Source: Balanoglossus misakiensis (lineage: Eukaryota; Animalia; Hemichordata). From it: a stretch of DNA of 64,000 nt. Shown one piece after another: positions 36,428 to 52,100 of the stretch. The stretch covers positions 3,024,265-3,088,264 of the forward strand of contig CM082597.2 of NCBI GenBank assembly GCA_040954595.2, in the 5' to 3' direction. The position numbers and the translations under genes are program-made. A model generated the notes under the pieces. It did not search any database. It saw nothing but the letters and a program-made list of their open reading frames with translations, and had not been told where the DNA came from. Numbering within the stretch: the stretch's first letter is position 1; each line of letters opens with the position of its first letter.

Positions 36428-36553
36428 ACCCACGCCGCCACCACCACCAAAACCACCACCACCAAAACCACCAACACCACCACCCACGCTGCCACCACCA
36501 TCAAAACCACCAACACCACCACCCACGCCGCCACCACCACCAAAGCCACCACT
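36428..36553. repeat. CCA-rich minisatellite, about 39-bp unit x3
   Basis: cacccacgccgccaccaccaccaaaaccaccaacaccac repeated with variants. Confidence 0.8.
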
Positions 36554-36558
36554 CATGT

Positions 36559-36786
36559 CTGTATGTATGTATGTATGTATGTATGTATGTATGTATGTAT
36601 GTATGTATGTATGTATGTATGTATGTATGTATGTATGTATGTATTGTATGTATGTATGTATGTATGTATGTATGTATGTATGTATGTATGTATGTATGTA
36701 TGTATTGTATGTATGTATGTATGTATGTATGTATGTATGTATGTATGTATGTATGTATGTATGTATGTATGTATGTATGTATGTAT
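36559..36786. repeat. Long (TATG)n microsatellite
   Basis: About 55 TATG units with two single-base interruptions. Confidence 0.97.
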
Positions 36787-39700
36787 AAAAAATGCAACAA
36801 CGTATGAAAATATTGAATGGAAGAAAACGATTTGCTCGTTTCGCCACTCAATTTCCATTACCCATCCAACGCCGACGTCGCTTCAGTTGGATGAATTCCG
36901 ATGGTGTTTCTCTGTAGTTTTGTATCCACGGCAACAGCCACTTCCGTTGTCGGACAGGGTGAAATGCATTTCCCGTCGTTAATCTCCCACTTCCATGGTT
37001 GGACGTGAAGAACGACAACGCGATAGCTACAGCGCCTGCGCGGATATCATGTAAAGCGTTTTACGTTCGCCAGGATATAAGCCAATGGTAGTGTTTGCGA
37101 CTGTTATATTGCACTGGATCAGAGAGAAGTGCGGTTCACGAAAGAAGTACAGCATGACTACCATACACCTCATTCCAAGGGTAAGTTCAAGTCGTATAGA
37201 TGGAAATAGTTATGATAAGACGTGTAGTCACCAATACATTAATTTCAGCTTGTTGCCTAGACTTGCTCCAAGTCTATGGGATGTGTAGGGAACGTGTCGG
37301 CCCATAGACTTGTACACCTTGCGGCTTTCCGGTTGCTATGAATTATTCATGTTGACATCATTTATGAATATTCATTAGCTAATTTAAATAGTGGGCGGAG
37401 TTTCAATGCATTACCTTGAGTACCCGAAAATCATATTTGGGTATCTCATAGCGAAAACGCAAACGGGTACATTTCTTTTTACTCATTTTTAATATGAAAT
37501 TCGGTCATCAATTTTTATGGTCGCCCGATGGCTGAAACCATAGTTGCAGGGCAGCGACACAGAGTACGATGTATACGCTCAAATTACAGAGTGCGCGTGC
37601 CACACAAACAGACGTTGACATCACACTCACAGGTCGCGCCGTACTTGACTTAGACTTTAATAGAGTATAACTAGTTTTCAGGTACCAAAGTCGCTCATTA
37701 AATGTCGGAGGACTATAGGCGTCGATCGATGTCATTTATTTGGTCAACTTCGAAGTGTTTGGTTGTATTTTTCACGGCGAATTACGTTCTCAGCTGGGTG
37801 ATCGTGCACGGTCACTCGTGACCGTGGATCGTTTCATACCGTGTCTCATTGTACACGAACGTGGGTTCTACATACATGTTCTACGCGTTCACGTTATATC
37901 ACATCTCTTTATTCTCATTGGCGCACGGGATCGACGCCCCTGTCAATCATTCTCGACTATGTCAACAAACGGCCTGAGCGTTTGTAGATTTTGCAAGGTG
38001 TACTAGTCGCTTGGTCGACGCTACCCGAAACCACAAGCTCAGTCGCAAATTCGAAACTCGCCTCACTACCAAAAACACGCTAAAGGCAAGCATGCACGCA
38101 AAAAGTATTGAAATTATTTATTAAGACAAAAAACCACCGAAAACACAAAAAGTATTGAGATTTAAAAATCACCAAGCGACTAGTGGGCTAGTCTACTTGT
38201 TGCCCATTCAAAAACAATTCCATATTCTTTTAATACTTAACAGAGTTTTATTTACTCATAGATTAAGTAATCGGTTATTTCACGAACTATTTACTTTCTG
38301 GAATCTACTGTGTGAATGTCTTGAAGCACGAAACACAGAAATGAGTGTTTTATGAATATAAACTTATAAGCAAAATTCTTCAGAATGGGTTTCTCTTTAT
38401 TTTCAATTGAATCTTTAACACAAGGCCAATCCTAATTAAAGGGATATCATTCATGTGTTGAGTTATTTCTCACATCAGAGTATATGACGAGGAAAACGTA
38501 GTCAAATGACAGCAGCGTTTTATAAGTTGCATAGAGCCAGTGTTCTTGGTTGGGGAGAGGAAATTGGATAAGATTAACAGTGGATGGAACGTGACACATA
38601 CAGACAAATGCGATTAAGTGAAGATGGGCAGCGTCCAAATGGATCATTTTTGACTTGGTTTTGGTTGCCGCGGCAAGAAAGTCTGACACAGGGACATCAA
38701 ACTTGCCGTGACAGTGTTTTTTTCGTTTACTCATAAACCCATGTCTGCACGCCAAGGCCACCTTGATTAAAGTCCGTGACTTGCGCATCATCAATTAAGA
38801 AAAAGCATTGACCTCGTTGTCTCTTGAACGGGCCAATTCAATTTACATCCATTTACATCAGAATTACACATCTTACATCCTTCACCAATATGACATTGAA
38901 AATTTTCAAATATAATAATTGGATTGAATTCAATGGCAAAGGTGTCATCTTGAGATGAGAATGATGTGCAAACACTCTGAGTTCATACTGTTATATGACG
39001 TGTTATCACTTATAAAGGCAATTTCATTAAGGGTTTGCTTATTACTTTGGGTGAAAATGTATTAAACAAAATGAAGGTTATCAACTACGACCCCCATTCA
39101 CAGCCTGATATATAGGTTTCAACAAGATAACATAACTTCAAGATAACCTTCAAACCATTTTGGTCAATTTATATTATTTACCTCACAGTAGCTCGAAGTC
39201 AACACAAATTCATATTAATTAGGTGAATGAGTTGTCATAGAAATAACATACAACCTATACCCAAATTAATGATTGTAGTTGTCAAGTATTAAATTTGCGC
39301 ATCACTAACATATATACATATATTAATTTACCTCAATCAACAGATAAATTATTCGGTTGTGATTAATTGCTCTAAACTAATTTTTGGCCAAAATTGTAAT
39401 TTGAAAGATTAATAAAAAACTTTAATTTGTCCACACGCTATGGTGTAAATAGTATCTCTATGGGTGTAATGGGAAACTACTAATATATGATAAATTATAC
39501 TAGTCTATAAGTCAATTAAAACTCTCACATTCAGTGGACTCAGTAATTACATTGGAGTGTGGTATTCATGCAACTTGATGGATATATTGCTGAGTTGGTC
39601 ATAGACATTTTATGTATGCAGAAGACCAGAATGGCAACACAGCAGGACTGGTGGTTATTGAGTCGACTGAAACCCATTACAATGAGAATCCTTCGCATTT

Positions 39701-42700
39701 GGAACCGGCAAAATTGAATACAAACACTAGAAATTTGATAAACTAGACGCACATGTAATTCACTTATATATTCTGCCCTTGTCCTGTGTCCTACATACAA
39801 GTAATTGTTACCCTAAGGTAGAAATGCAGTGTTTCGGATAAGCGCAACAAGAAATGTTTAGATAAGCCTGTATATGCCTACTGATATACAAACCTTGAGA
39901 TAACTTTTATCATAACCGCTTATAGCTCATATTTATAGTTTAAAATGTCATTGTTGTAAATCATAAGCGCATTGCGGATACCGCTGTCAGAAATCAATAA
40001 TTCAGCGTTTTATGCACGGCAGCAAAGAGCCACTAAAACATCTCATGAAAATCAACAATTATTCTAAATCTCACGTGACTCAAACTCATTCAAAGTTACT
40101 TCATACCTTTAATGCGCTTTCTGTAAAAGACTGTCTTGTCAGAAATCAGCTTAATGCAAGTATTACTTAGAAACGGCGATATAGGATTATACAAACTATT
40201 GTCCTGTTTTACCTTGACCTGACAAAAACAAAATAAAATTGTAATTTATGTCTCGTGCATGAAAGTAATATGAGTTTTTTTATCTGTGCATTTGGAGATT
40301 AACCTCGTAAACCTCCCAATTATACGGAATTGATGTCATCTATGTATTTTCGAAAACCACAATGACAATGCAACGTTTGTACAGAGAAAATATAACTTTT
40401 TAGGAAGAGCGCATGTAGACAAGTCCTACGTATTACTATTTTTGCCCAAATACTCGATCCCCTTGGGGCAGTAATATTCTAGGCACATAAAAAAAACTTG
40501 TCTTGTTTTACAACTGTACAATGTAAAATCAACCAGACTGCTCAAACACCCACGTCAAAGTAAATTGAAACGAATTTTCGTAATTTAAGATATTTCTTTT
40601 CAGACTTTCCTCAATACTTATTTTCCAATATACCAACACAGGAAATGAATTCTGAACTGCCGTGACTAAAAACATGAAGCTCAGCGGCTGCTGATGTGTG
40701 CACAGTGGAAGTGGGAAAAAAATCGCAATTGTCAAATCGCCTGGAAGTATTCGATAATGGAATATTTAAAACAAATATATCCTGCTGGTATTTTCTCCTT
40801 TCGTAGAATAACATGTTTATTTTATACGGTTTAATCTCAAAAAAACTTAACTAATGACTTCTTTTTTATCTTGAACAAAATTGCCCTTGTGTCATCATAG
40901 ATAAATAAAAAATGACTTGCTGTATCAAACTGTAAGCTTTTTGTCTGTCTGTTTGTTTGTTTGTGCAAAGGCAAGAGCTTGGATTTGGTCTGGAAACGTT
41001 ATGCCATAAACCAATGTATTGCGTGTCTACTTACATTTTTATGTTGCCTTTGAAACAATTTGGCAGGTTGCATCATTTTTCTGAACTCAACCGTGAACCA
41101 ATACCCACGTCTTTTTTCTATGTCACTCTTCAATCCGGGCGAGCGGCAGAGTAGACACATGGCTTCCAGTCAAGCAAAGATAACAGCAAACGGGTGACCT
41201 CGCCACGGGGATTTCTCGTTCAATTTGGCTAAGATCACTTCGGTATATGAGCAGAGGGGAAATCATCTGATGACCTTTCGGTATGTCATGTTTTCTGCTG
41301 CTGCAAAGACACGTTTAAAGATTACGCTCAAAGGAAGTATTACCTCAACAGTAATATCCTGTTCTGTACATTCACATTAGAGGAACGATTTGAAAGCCTT
41401 TAATTTTTCCAGCAGACTCGTGCTGATCAGCATCTAATCCTGTTATCTTAATATATGAACATGTATGGTGTTCACAGTGGAACCTTGAATGTTTCTGAAA
41501 CTTCTCAGCTCAAATACTTGCAATAAATTATAAATTGTGAACAGTTTACACAGAATAATGTACCGGTACAGGTATGTCAGTATTTAAGCTGAGACGTTTC
41601 AGATACGTTTCAATGATTCCTGTGTGAACGCCATATGTGGGACCGTGAGCCACGGTGATGGCCACCATCAAACAAGACGGATTGAGATAAGAATAGCTAT
41701 TTTCCCATGACAAAGAGACAGGCCAGCTATCTACTGGCGCCGGCATACATGTACAATGATTTGATAGTTTGACAAGCCACAAAAAGGAGCAATTTACTAA
41801 TTGCTAATTGGAACCCACTTTAAATATAACATGCTAGATTGATTTTAACCGATAGTGTATGGGCCCGGGATTTAATCTGCTTTGCTGGCTATCCATTTAG
41901 ATAATACATGCAGTATCGAGTGAAAGTTAAGAGTTAATAAGGTTTTTCCCTCCTGCGATGTCCTATATTTAGCGTCGTGGGTGGGAAAGTTTCGATTTTT
42001 AAAGGGCGCACATAGCAAACCTTTATGTAACAACTAAACTTTAGGAGGAAATTACGCTATAAATCATACCAGTCTTTTACAGGATTGGTTATTGCACAAG
42101 GATAATTAATTTTGGTCTCATTCTATTAACCTGGATTTGATATCCAATTTGCCTTGGGTTGGGCAGCATTCACAAGGTGTGTATAACATAACCTGCAAAC
42201 GACACAAAGTCAGAGCAACGTCACAGCGCGACGATTTAAAAAAAAAATTATTAGAATATTCCTCTGTAAGTGAATATGAGGAGACTAACATATGTACACT
42301 ATCACCAGAGGTCTAGTTATGCTGACAATACTATCACAGACATATAAATCCCACGCCAAAAGTACTATTTTATCGTCAACTAATATAGATGATTGCATAC
42401 AAAATAAAGCTCATATCAGATGACAGTCTTCGAAATTTTTTAAATGGTGTATACTGGAATGGTAAATGACAGAATGCCTATATTGCCAACAAGAAACATT
42501 CACGAGATATCTGGGCGTTTATGTGTCAAAGATCATTAATAATCGGGCAGATAAGAAATCACAGGCATACTTTAGTATCATACACGAGATATCACCCACA
42601 TGAGTCTGCTCCTATATGCCTTTTCTGTTGACTGACTCGCATACGTGATTTGCTTTCAACATCATGGCATGTGTGCTAAATTGAAACGGGCATGTTGAAA

Positions 42701-45700
42701 GGAAGATTCACTTTGCAGAGTTACGGGGAGAGCCGACCACAAGTAAATACCCAAAAGAAAATTGATCTTAGGGGAATAACTCTCAAATATTTGCCAGAGT
42801 CCATTACAATAACAAATTTCCAAGTTAGCCATGCTATCCAAAAGGCGTGCTTGAAATCTTAAATTATGAGTGCTGCCACAACAGGGGTAGAAAATCCTTG
42901 ACATTTCATCTCAGCACCGTGAAGAAGGAACTGTAAGTATTCAAGTAGCTGTAACATGCCGAGCCAAACTCTATAATTTTGCACACCACCCTAAAACTGA
43001 ATGCTGGAAGCAATTATTACTCACATAGTGATACTGTTTGTCCCATGTGGCAACAATAATTGCTTGACGATAATGCGTCCTAGCACATCTGATTCGTTCC
43101 AAACAAGCAGTTCCAGTAATGATTTTACACTTCCTGAAGAAAGTTATGGGGCATGGACATTGCATGTAGCAGCCCTGTCACAAAAAATCGTTTACTTAAC
43201 GCGATTTGCCATCTGTGTCACCACACATTCCATCACATTGACATGCTGTCAATATTTCTTTGAGTCCAATTCAAACTTCTCCACTGTAATTAGTTTTCCT
43301 AAAGAACCCCGCCTCGGGGAAGAAGTGTTTCGGCAAACATCATACACCGTTGCTTAGCTATGCATATTCAAAGGCATATACACTTGCTGCAATGGATGTC
43401 TAATCTCCATGGATACAGTTCATTGCTAAGTTCGAGTGGCTCTTTGGAGACCATATTAAGAAACCAGAATGCGGTGCGATATCGATCAAGTAAATGTATA
43501 TTGTATAATGAAACCTACGTTCGCACATACCTACAAAACATTTGGTTCTGTCTAAAAGCACTGATCAGAAATTGAACGAATCTCACACTAAGCTTCAGGG
43601 TATGTATTCACATAGGCACATATTGCACGCACCATATGTTACACTCTCAAATTTGCATTCCAGCAATAGAGGTGTAGTTATGCCCAAGTCAATTGAAACC
43701 CTGTGGAATGTTTTAACCAGAGTTAACAGCCAGTCATGTACAAAAAAAACTATTAAACATAAATGAAATTTGTTTATTTGAAGAAGTCTGATAAATATCA
43801 TAAACTATGAACATGGTCGATGAAACAAGGTTTCCTAATGCATCGCGGCACAGAACCTGGAGGTGACGTCATGGTTCGAAATATTTATGCCATGCTCTGA
43901 TTATACTAGCTGTTTATGGTTTCACCTGATGTCACACACATAAACTTTTGTCAACCGTAATTAATGAAAGCTTTTAATGGTGAGGTAGGCGACCCAGTTT
44001 GCGCATTTTCCCGAATAACACATCTAAAGTGAAGCGGGAATGAAAGAGGGAATACTATCATCAAAGTTTAGCGAGCGACGTCGCTCAACTACAATTAACA
44101 CAGCACCGGAACTCGGTTATGATCCCTAGAGCGCATCAACCTAAAATATTCATGTTGTCTCGCTGCTTTTGGCACCGTGACGATGTTTAACAGGTCCAAA
44201 GGGAATCTGCTTCGCCATGTCCAACACGATACAGCATGCAATTGAAATGAAAACAGCGCTCTTTGAAGAAATAATCACAGATTCTCAGACACTTGGGAAT
44301 TGCAAAGGTCACTATTGATTGTACTTTTTTCATTTTCTTGATTAAAAGAATTATCTCCGAAAACACAGGGGCTTTATTACAGTTATCTCTCTCTCTATTC
44401 ACATTCACCTACAGACAACAGAAAACAGCCATTGTACAGATATCTTTGCAATACACTAATCAAATTTGTTAATGGACGGTCATTTTAAAGTAAGTGCATA
44501 GTACTTTTGGAAGATTAAACTATAACAAAAGTAAAATGAGCGTCGTAATCGGTCACTGCCATAGAGCGCTTGGTAACCATGTCACATGACGTCATCATTA
44601 CCCTACGATAGTCAACCTGGTAGATTCGTAACAACTTAACGGAAGTATAGGAAGGACCAGGCTGTATTAGTAAGGTTATGTAGGGGTCATGGAAATGGCC
44701 GATTAAGACTCGGTGAGGCCTTAGTCCCCATCAAAGCCTTTTGAATAAGAACCAAGTCAGCTGATTCTTATCCCCGATACTGTTGGAACGAAATATCCAC
44801 AGAGTGACGATATGTTCATCAAGTAATCAAAAAGCTCTGCGATGTAATATAATATTTGTCAAATATTCAATTTGGTTCAATTATTGGCACTTTGTAATTT
44901 CATAATTAGAAACCAGGATAAGGTAGTCTGATAATAAAAGAGATGAATACACAAGGGTCATCGGGAGATCCTGATCAGATTACACAGTCATTACCACACG
45001 GGTAAACTTGAAAATGACATTCTTATTGCCTGGCAACTATAATTGACCGGGAAAACCTCTTTTAGAAATAGATAATTTGCTGTGTGTTTGCACGTGACCT
45101 TCAGCGAGAAGATTTACAACAAGGATGGTCTTCGAGGTGAACCGTATTATTTATTTAAATCACCGCAGATTAAACATGATCCCGGCTTATCTTAAAAAGA
45201 GACCGCCACTTGATCGCAGGAGATGAGGAAAATAATGGTATTAGTGAGAGCTTTTTGCCTGCAGTTTCCCTATGATTGTTTCCGTTTGTATCTATCTATC
45301 TATCTATCCATACATGTTTGCCGTTTTCTTTCTTCTGTTGTTTGTCACTATATCCTTCCAGCAATGGTTCACCTTTGTCAATTACTCCAGTTTGATTGCC
45401 CTAGTCTGTCTTAATGTTGTCACGATCGCAAATTGAACACTGTTGTTAAATTACAATTTCAAGTTATCCTTAGCAGTAAAAAATGATGTTTGATATCAAT
45501 AAAAAGACGCTTCTGGCGATGCAATATCAGAAAAAGCACTTCCTAGATATTGTCAATTGACTAAAGGTGAAACCGTGGAACTTCAATTGTGGTAAAGGCC
45601 GCAGGGTTTGAGTTAGTTGTATGGAATCACTGGACGTGATGATTTGGTCGACAGTGTCAGTGGCCAGCGAGCTTAGCTAGGATAACTTTTCGCTTATTGC

Positions 45701-46112
45701 AAGACCTGGTAAATACTGTCACAGTAGCAACGGGTTGCTAGCCAACTAATACAAATCAAGTTTTGTATGAAACTAGAGTAGGTGGCAATTTGCTCTGCAT
45801 GCCTGATCAAGAAAACTTCACATCATGTTTATCACACTTATCATCTCATCAGTACTGATGGTTCAGCCACAAAGCTATGTGACCTAAAGTTGGAAAATCA
45901 CCATGCTTAGAGTTAACCTGTAAACAGGGCTGTCCGATAGTCATCAAACTTGATACCGCTGCGAGATTTCCATCGAGCAGATCGCAGGTGGCATGCTTTT
46001 CCCCTGGGCATGCACAATTGTGTTGCCGTCACCACACACTCTTGTTCATGCCAGTGCAATTTCATCAAATTTCTACTGCCTACATCATGGTGTTGTGTGG
46101 AAGGACTGTGTT

Positions 46113-46174
46113 TATGTATGTATGTATGTATGTATGTATGTATGTATGTATGTATGTATGTATGTATGTATGTA
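46113..46174. repeat. (TATG)n microsatellite
   Basis: About 15 TATG units. Confidence 0.95.
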
Positions 46175-49100
46175 TCCACTTTGCCTGTTAAAATGTATAT
46201 TCAGTAAGCGTACGATACTTTCACAATTTAAGAGTTTTAAATATATGAATTACAGAAAACCAACCATGTATTACAGGAATGTGGCACCTAAATTTGACTG
46301 TTAAAATACATTTTGACGTCATGTTGAAAATAACCGTAAATCACCACTCTCCATTAAGTAGAATATCGTAGGCTTGTAAAATGTGATATTCTGACTACAG
46401 TAAAACATCAATCGGTCTCATCTAAAGATGTTACCAGTGATTTATGAATGGAAGTGTATCTCGCATTAAAGTGTCATAAATGTGTGATATTTTTCTAAGG
46501 ATTTCCGAGTCTGAAGTGCTTAGTTTTTATCGAAGGGGTGACGCGATTCGTGGCGTGGCAGATGGTAGATGGCTTTGATAACTTTACATTGAGGGATACG
46601 ATTCTTCCCTAATGGAAACGCTTTTCACTTAAACAGCAAAAACCCACATGTACACCGTTCTACAATTCCTCATTTTTCAATGTTGAGTGGCTGTGTTTCA
46701 CAAAAAGTTAGCAGTTGCTAAGTTATCTGTAGCACATGATCAACTAATGCATTGTATTCTACGTCAATGTTGTTTTGCCAAGTAAACTTTCAAGATGGAC
46801 CTCTCAAAAAGTGACTTGAAGGTGTGTGTGTGTTACTTCACAATTTGTGTAATTTAATTCAGTTACTCAACCAAGTCTCTGTGCTCTCATTTCGCATGAA
46901 CCGCACTACTTTAAGTACCGGTATACGTCTTGCCCCCTAATAACGAAGTATCTGCCACTTTAATTACCTTCAATAGTGGATCTTTCTGCGAAGACCCTTA
47001 ATAAACAGAACGAGAAGATCCACTCGTTTCTGAGTGTTGCGATTATCGATGCCAATAAATACTGTGAATCTCCTCTCCGTGTTCGCTCCTGTTCATTTTA
47101 CTGTCCGAGTCAATCGACTCTCTCTGATTAGCATGGCATGCTTCAATGTGATTCTACTTGCAGCCTATTTGCTGATTTGCAGTTTTTCCACCACTGATCA
47201 GATTAGTCCCAATGATTAACGAGGGAACCAATTCAAGGGCTGGCCCCAAATTGCATTTCACGCAGTGAAAATTCGATACCCCACAGTTTTGTTGCCCGTG
47301 CTGCAAGCAAATATAACACGGGAAACTTTTTTGTCAAGCCGTGCATAATTCCCAATATATCCTTGCCTCAAATCTTCTATTCACTTTCCTTATGTGTGTG
47401 TTTCCAACTAGATCCACCTTTTTACTTTCTTGAGATAATTAACTTCTTTAAAGCTTCAATGCCTCCTCCACTTACTTGGTTGCCCGTGAGACTTGTGTTG
47501 ACAACGAAATCCAGGAATGAAATCAAGACTATTGTACTTGTTTAATTCACTCTCATAAAGGAAATATTTTTTATTCACCGGCCAGAATTATTATACTTCC
47601 TGTTGACGATTCAAGAAAAATATTTTGACGTTTTATTTAATTTAAAAGTTCGTAGTTTGGCATTGATTTATAATTTAAAGGGAAAAAGTGACTGAATGGG
47701 AAGCTTGGTGTCGAAGAATTGTTTTTTCGACAGTTCAGACCTTACTTATGTATATTTTGGCATTCGAACAAATTCAAAGAGAACTTTGCAATCGCATTAA
47801 ATTTTGAAGGGGGAGAAAGCATCGCATTGTTAATGCTGTTAACCTGATATGAACTGTTTCTATGATCTAATTCCATTCTTTGGATACTCATTATTTTTTT
47901 TCTCCTTTTATACATTTCTTTCTTCTAATGCACAGTCCTAGTACCGTTTTATTCGCACGAGCAAGACGCGATTTTAAATAGGCACCGGAAACTTTACTCC
48001 GGCACGTACAATTTTGACTAACACACAACCATCCTTTTGTAGAGAGAATTTAATTATGTTTCCAGTTCATGGCGTAAACAAAATGTACGAAGCAGACGCG
48101 AATAATTGCTATGCACTTGAACACGCTCCGCACTTGAGGATGACACGCTCCTTGCGAAGAACATTAACAATGGTTGGGACATTCAAACGAGTATGGTCGG
48201 CATACGTGCCTTCGTGGTACGTATAGTAGTGATAAAAATAGACGTACGACAATTAAATGAAATATAAACAAATTATCAGGTTCATGAAATAAACACAAAA
48301 ATAATGGCAATTACCAAATGATCATCTCACACCATCAGGTGTACAGAATGGATAATCATACCCGTCTATAGAATGTTACTTCCGTCAACATTGGGTCAAA
48401 GTGACAAATTCAGAGTAATTCGGCTAAGCCACCAAATTGTTGTTGTGAGTCAAATCCAAGGATACAGTCACTCATCATTTGAATACTAAACACCTGTCAT
48501 ATGTGGGAACAACATTTCTAACATCTAACATTTAGAGAACTTCTTACATGTTCTGACTATCTGAGAAATGTAGTCTAATGTGAATAAAACAATAAGGAAT
48601 AGTGGAATACAAGTGGTACTAAGGAACGCTTTCCTGCCCCCTGGGGGTGTTGCTTAACACATTAAGGTAATTCCAAGAGACCACAGCAGGTATAATGATA
48701 AATAGCTGATGTCATCCGGTGCATCACTCTGCTATCATATGCCATTTAAAGCCAGGAGACAGTGGAAGATAATTTGTCATCACTGAGTGACGATATTGGT
48801 GAGATGTCTGACAACGTCCTGATTGAAAAAGGCATTCCATCTTTACACAACCTCAAGCGAATGCTTTACTCTTCAAGGATGCGTGGATCATCTATTTAAA
48901 CGCGCTGTCTTTTTTTACGGTTTGAGCAATTATCTCGGCTTGCGGTTTGCAATAAAATCAATCAAGACAGGGCGAGGATACAAATAGGGGAGAGATGGTT
49001 GACAGTGACCATGCCCGACGTGACTTTTCTTGGAATCATTTTGCTTTGAAGTATTCAATGTAAAAACCCTCCTCGTGTGTCGAGCATTAGACTGAGAATA

Positions 49101-52100
49101 GTGTTGCAGTAGGCGATGCAACTTGTAACATAAAACTGCATCGCCTACGCATTCTGAGTACACGCACCAGCACAGCAAGTCTCTGTATTACGCTTTCGGG
49201 TGAGAATTATCTTCATTGAATGTATTCTAGGTGTTATCGGATTTCGGGTCTGGATTTCTAAGCTTCACTAGATGCTCATCAACTCAGGCTGTTTGGATCA
49301 GCAACATGCTTTAGTATTCTTCTGATGAGCCAGAGATAGCATTTCACAATTTTCCTGTGTGTTGCTATGCATACGATTTGATTGTTTGAATCTAGTTATT
49401 AAAGCCTGGCTCTATTATTTATAAAGAGTCGAGTTCCTTTTAGGTTCAGGCAAAATGGAAGATCACACCAGCTGGTAGATCTGGGGTAATGTATTTCGTC
49501 TATTCCAACAAGCAATTTTATGGTATCTAGTTAATATAACTCATGTTACGAATATAACCGAATATACCAGGATCAAATAGACTTGTATAAAGGTTACCTT
49601 AGTCGAATTCTGCAGTAAGATGTTGAACCTCATATAACAGGTGGATACATGTTAAAATCTCACGATGCACCATTTGCACAAAAATCAAAGGAACCGTGGC
49701 TATATGCCGCAAGGCAGACGAAAGCAAGGCATATTCATAAAGAGTATTGACAACTTCCGACCATACAAGTACTCAGTTGTGACTGCCTATTAATGTCATA
49801 AACATTGTCGAGAGAGAATGACGACTTCTTGGGGAGAATTTTGTTCTATCGTTGAAACGCTCTTTTGATTTTTATGTGTCACTCTAAGTGGCCATTAATT
49901 GTCCTACCTTACACATAACTAGTAATGCATCCGTGTACAGTCACGACGAGCATGCATACGACATAATGTGTATATTCCACCGGGTATATTAAAACACAAA
50001 TGGCGAAAATGCTTTTGACGGTTCCGTTGGGAGCGATTGCGGTAACTCATCACAGGGCATCGTATATTTTTCGCCTCAGGGAAAATGTCAATATTGGTGC
50101 ATGGTGAGCACAGGAAAATAAGTCCCCAAGCCTGTGAAGCTTTTGATTTGCATGCTAGAAATCAAGAACATCGAACAGTGTTATATGATATAATGTGATG
50201 TGGTGTGGTGCGGTGTGATGCTACATGTGTGAAACGGTGGCCACAAAGGAAACTCGAATCTCATTTTAGCATGAATTCAAAATGGAATCAACTTAAATGT
50301 TCACACGCGTCATCGATATCAAAATTACAATTTCAGTCACTCGCGCAGGTCATAAGTCTTTTGCGTGGACGACGGTATCGTCAAGCGAGATCTAATCAGA
50401 AAATAATGATGTCTAAAACCCGGGTAATTGAATTACGTACTTCAGAGATTCCGAAGTCAACACCTGCCAGTTAAGTGCGTGGACGTGCTAACAGTTTATA
50501 CACAGCTGGGTTAAAGATCTACAGTGTATTTCGAGTGAAATTATGCACTTTATCACATCAATGTTTGCGAAATGCAACTTTAATAGAGACGTGTAGTCAT
50601 GTATTCGACATACCGACGTTTTCATGTATAAAACAGTTAGTCTTACGGCTATGAAAAGTCTACCTTATACGTATTTTTGAATTTCACACATTAAGTACTA
50701 TTTAGTTGTTATCCACGAGGTTCAACTCATTTGCACACAGCATAGAAGAAGTATAGATCAATATCATACATTGTCTATCTTTCTATTATTTTAATTTTAT
50801 TAAGGTAGACATCCAGGGTTCCTCTCGTTACAAAAATGAAACAATAAATCTATAAATAACACATTGTCACCCTAACACGCATCCGATTAAATTTTATGTG
50901 GCAGAGTGAGACATTGTGAGCGATGCAACAAATCAAAGATAGTATGTTATTATGGAGAACACTCGTAATAGCAATGATATGTCCTGCTATAAGTTTTATC
51001 ATTATGAATTATGACTGATATGGGCGTGATGCATCAGCGAAGAATTAGTATAACCCCTTTCTAATTGGATTCAGCAAGCTAACTTAATATCACCAAATCA
51101 TTTTGAATATAATAAGGTGCTATTCACCCGTAGGGTGTTTCAGAAGGTATATGAAACTCGTATTTCATTCCACATGCATGCCGTGGAAATCTCGTGGTGA
51201 AGAAAATATCTGACTACGAGGGCATTGTACTTTATACAACCTGTACTCGAATCTGCGTAAAATACCGACTTCACAAAATGATATCACAGTGTACGGAAAA
51301 TTCTATTAATACGTTGTATTTGACATGCACTTTCTACCACGAGAAGTACGTCATAACTGTATCCACTTATGCGATTATTATAACTGATTATTATAAGAAG
51401 GGTGGGTCCAGTGCATTGTGGGTAGGTAGTAAAGACTGGTGCAATCTCGCCTCTCTGTCACTATTGACGTTAGATGGGAAGCATGAACAAGTACTGAATC
51501 CAGCAGGTTGGAGAAAGTGAAAAGGTAGGTTGTCACTCCAAGGAACCTCAAATGTGTTCACTTTCCTGTGACACTAGGCATAGTTTAACAAATGCTTAGG
51601 AAATTAGCTTGCGAAATTTATACATGTGGACTATGTGGAAGATTTCTAAGCAAGGATTTTATGGTGAAAGTGAGTTTTAGGAAATATCTCGTGTAAACTT
51701 TTAACCCATGCCAATCGCACGTTTGCGGTAGAGCCAGCCTTAGTTTTCACTGTCAACGCTGCTGTATAAATTGTATAACTGAAACATTGTGTCGAGATTG
51801 ACTCAAATGTGCTATAAATAGTATACCACGGAAAACATTATATTCCCTGGATATTAAGCTTTCTTCTATCAGTTCATAACCAGGTTAAATACCAGCACAA
51901 CACCAGTGCAAACTACCTGCGACAGATGTTTATAATTCTATAAGATTTCCCGGAATAAATATACTAATAAATGAACTTATATGAATACTGCTTAATTGAT
52001 AATTGATACATAGCTGTATGGATTATATGCCTGTTGAATAAATATGATATATTATACTGATAAATACACATTTGGCATTTTCAGAAGCGTTTAAGTAAAT

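Noticed and set aside
36252-36982. ORFs with Pro/Gly/His runs and MYVC/HTYI repeats (also near 19000, 46100, 54900)
   Set aside because: Translations of CCA and TATG tandem repeats.
48745-48900. Short open frame ETVEDNLSSL...IPSLHNLKRMLYSS as a possible exon
   Set aside because: No convincing partner exons or recognisable domain.
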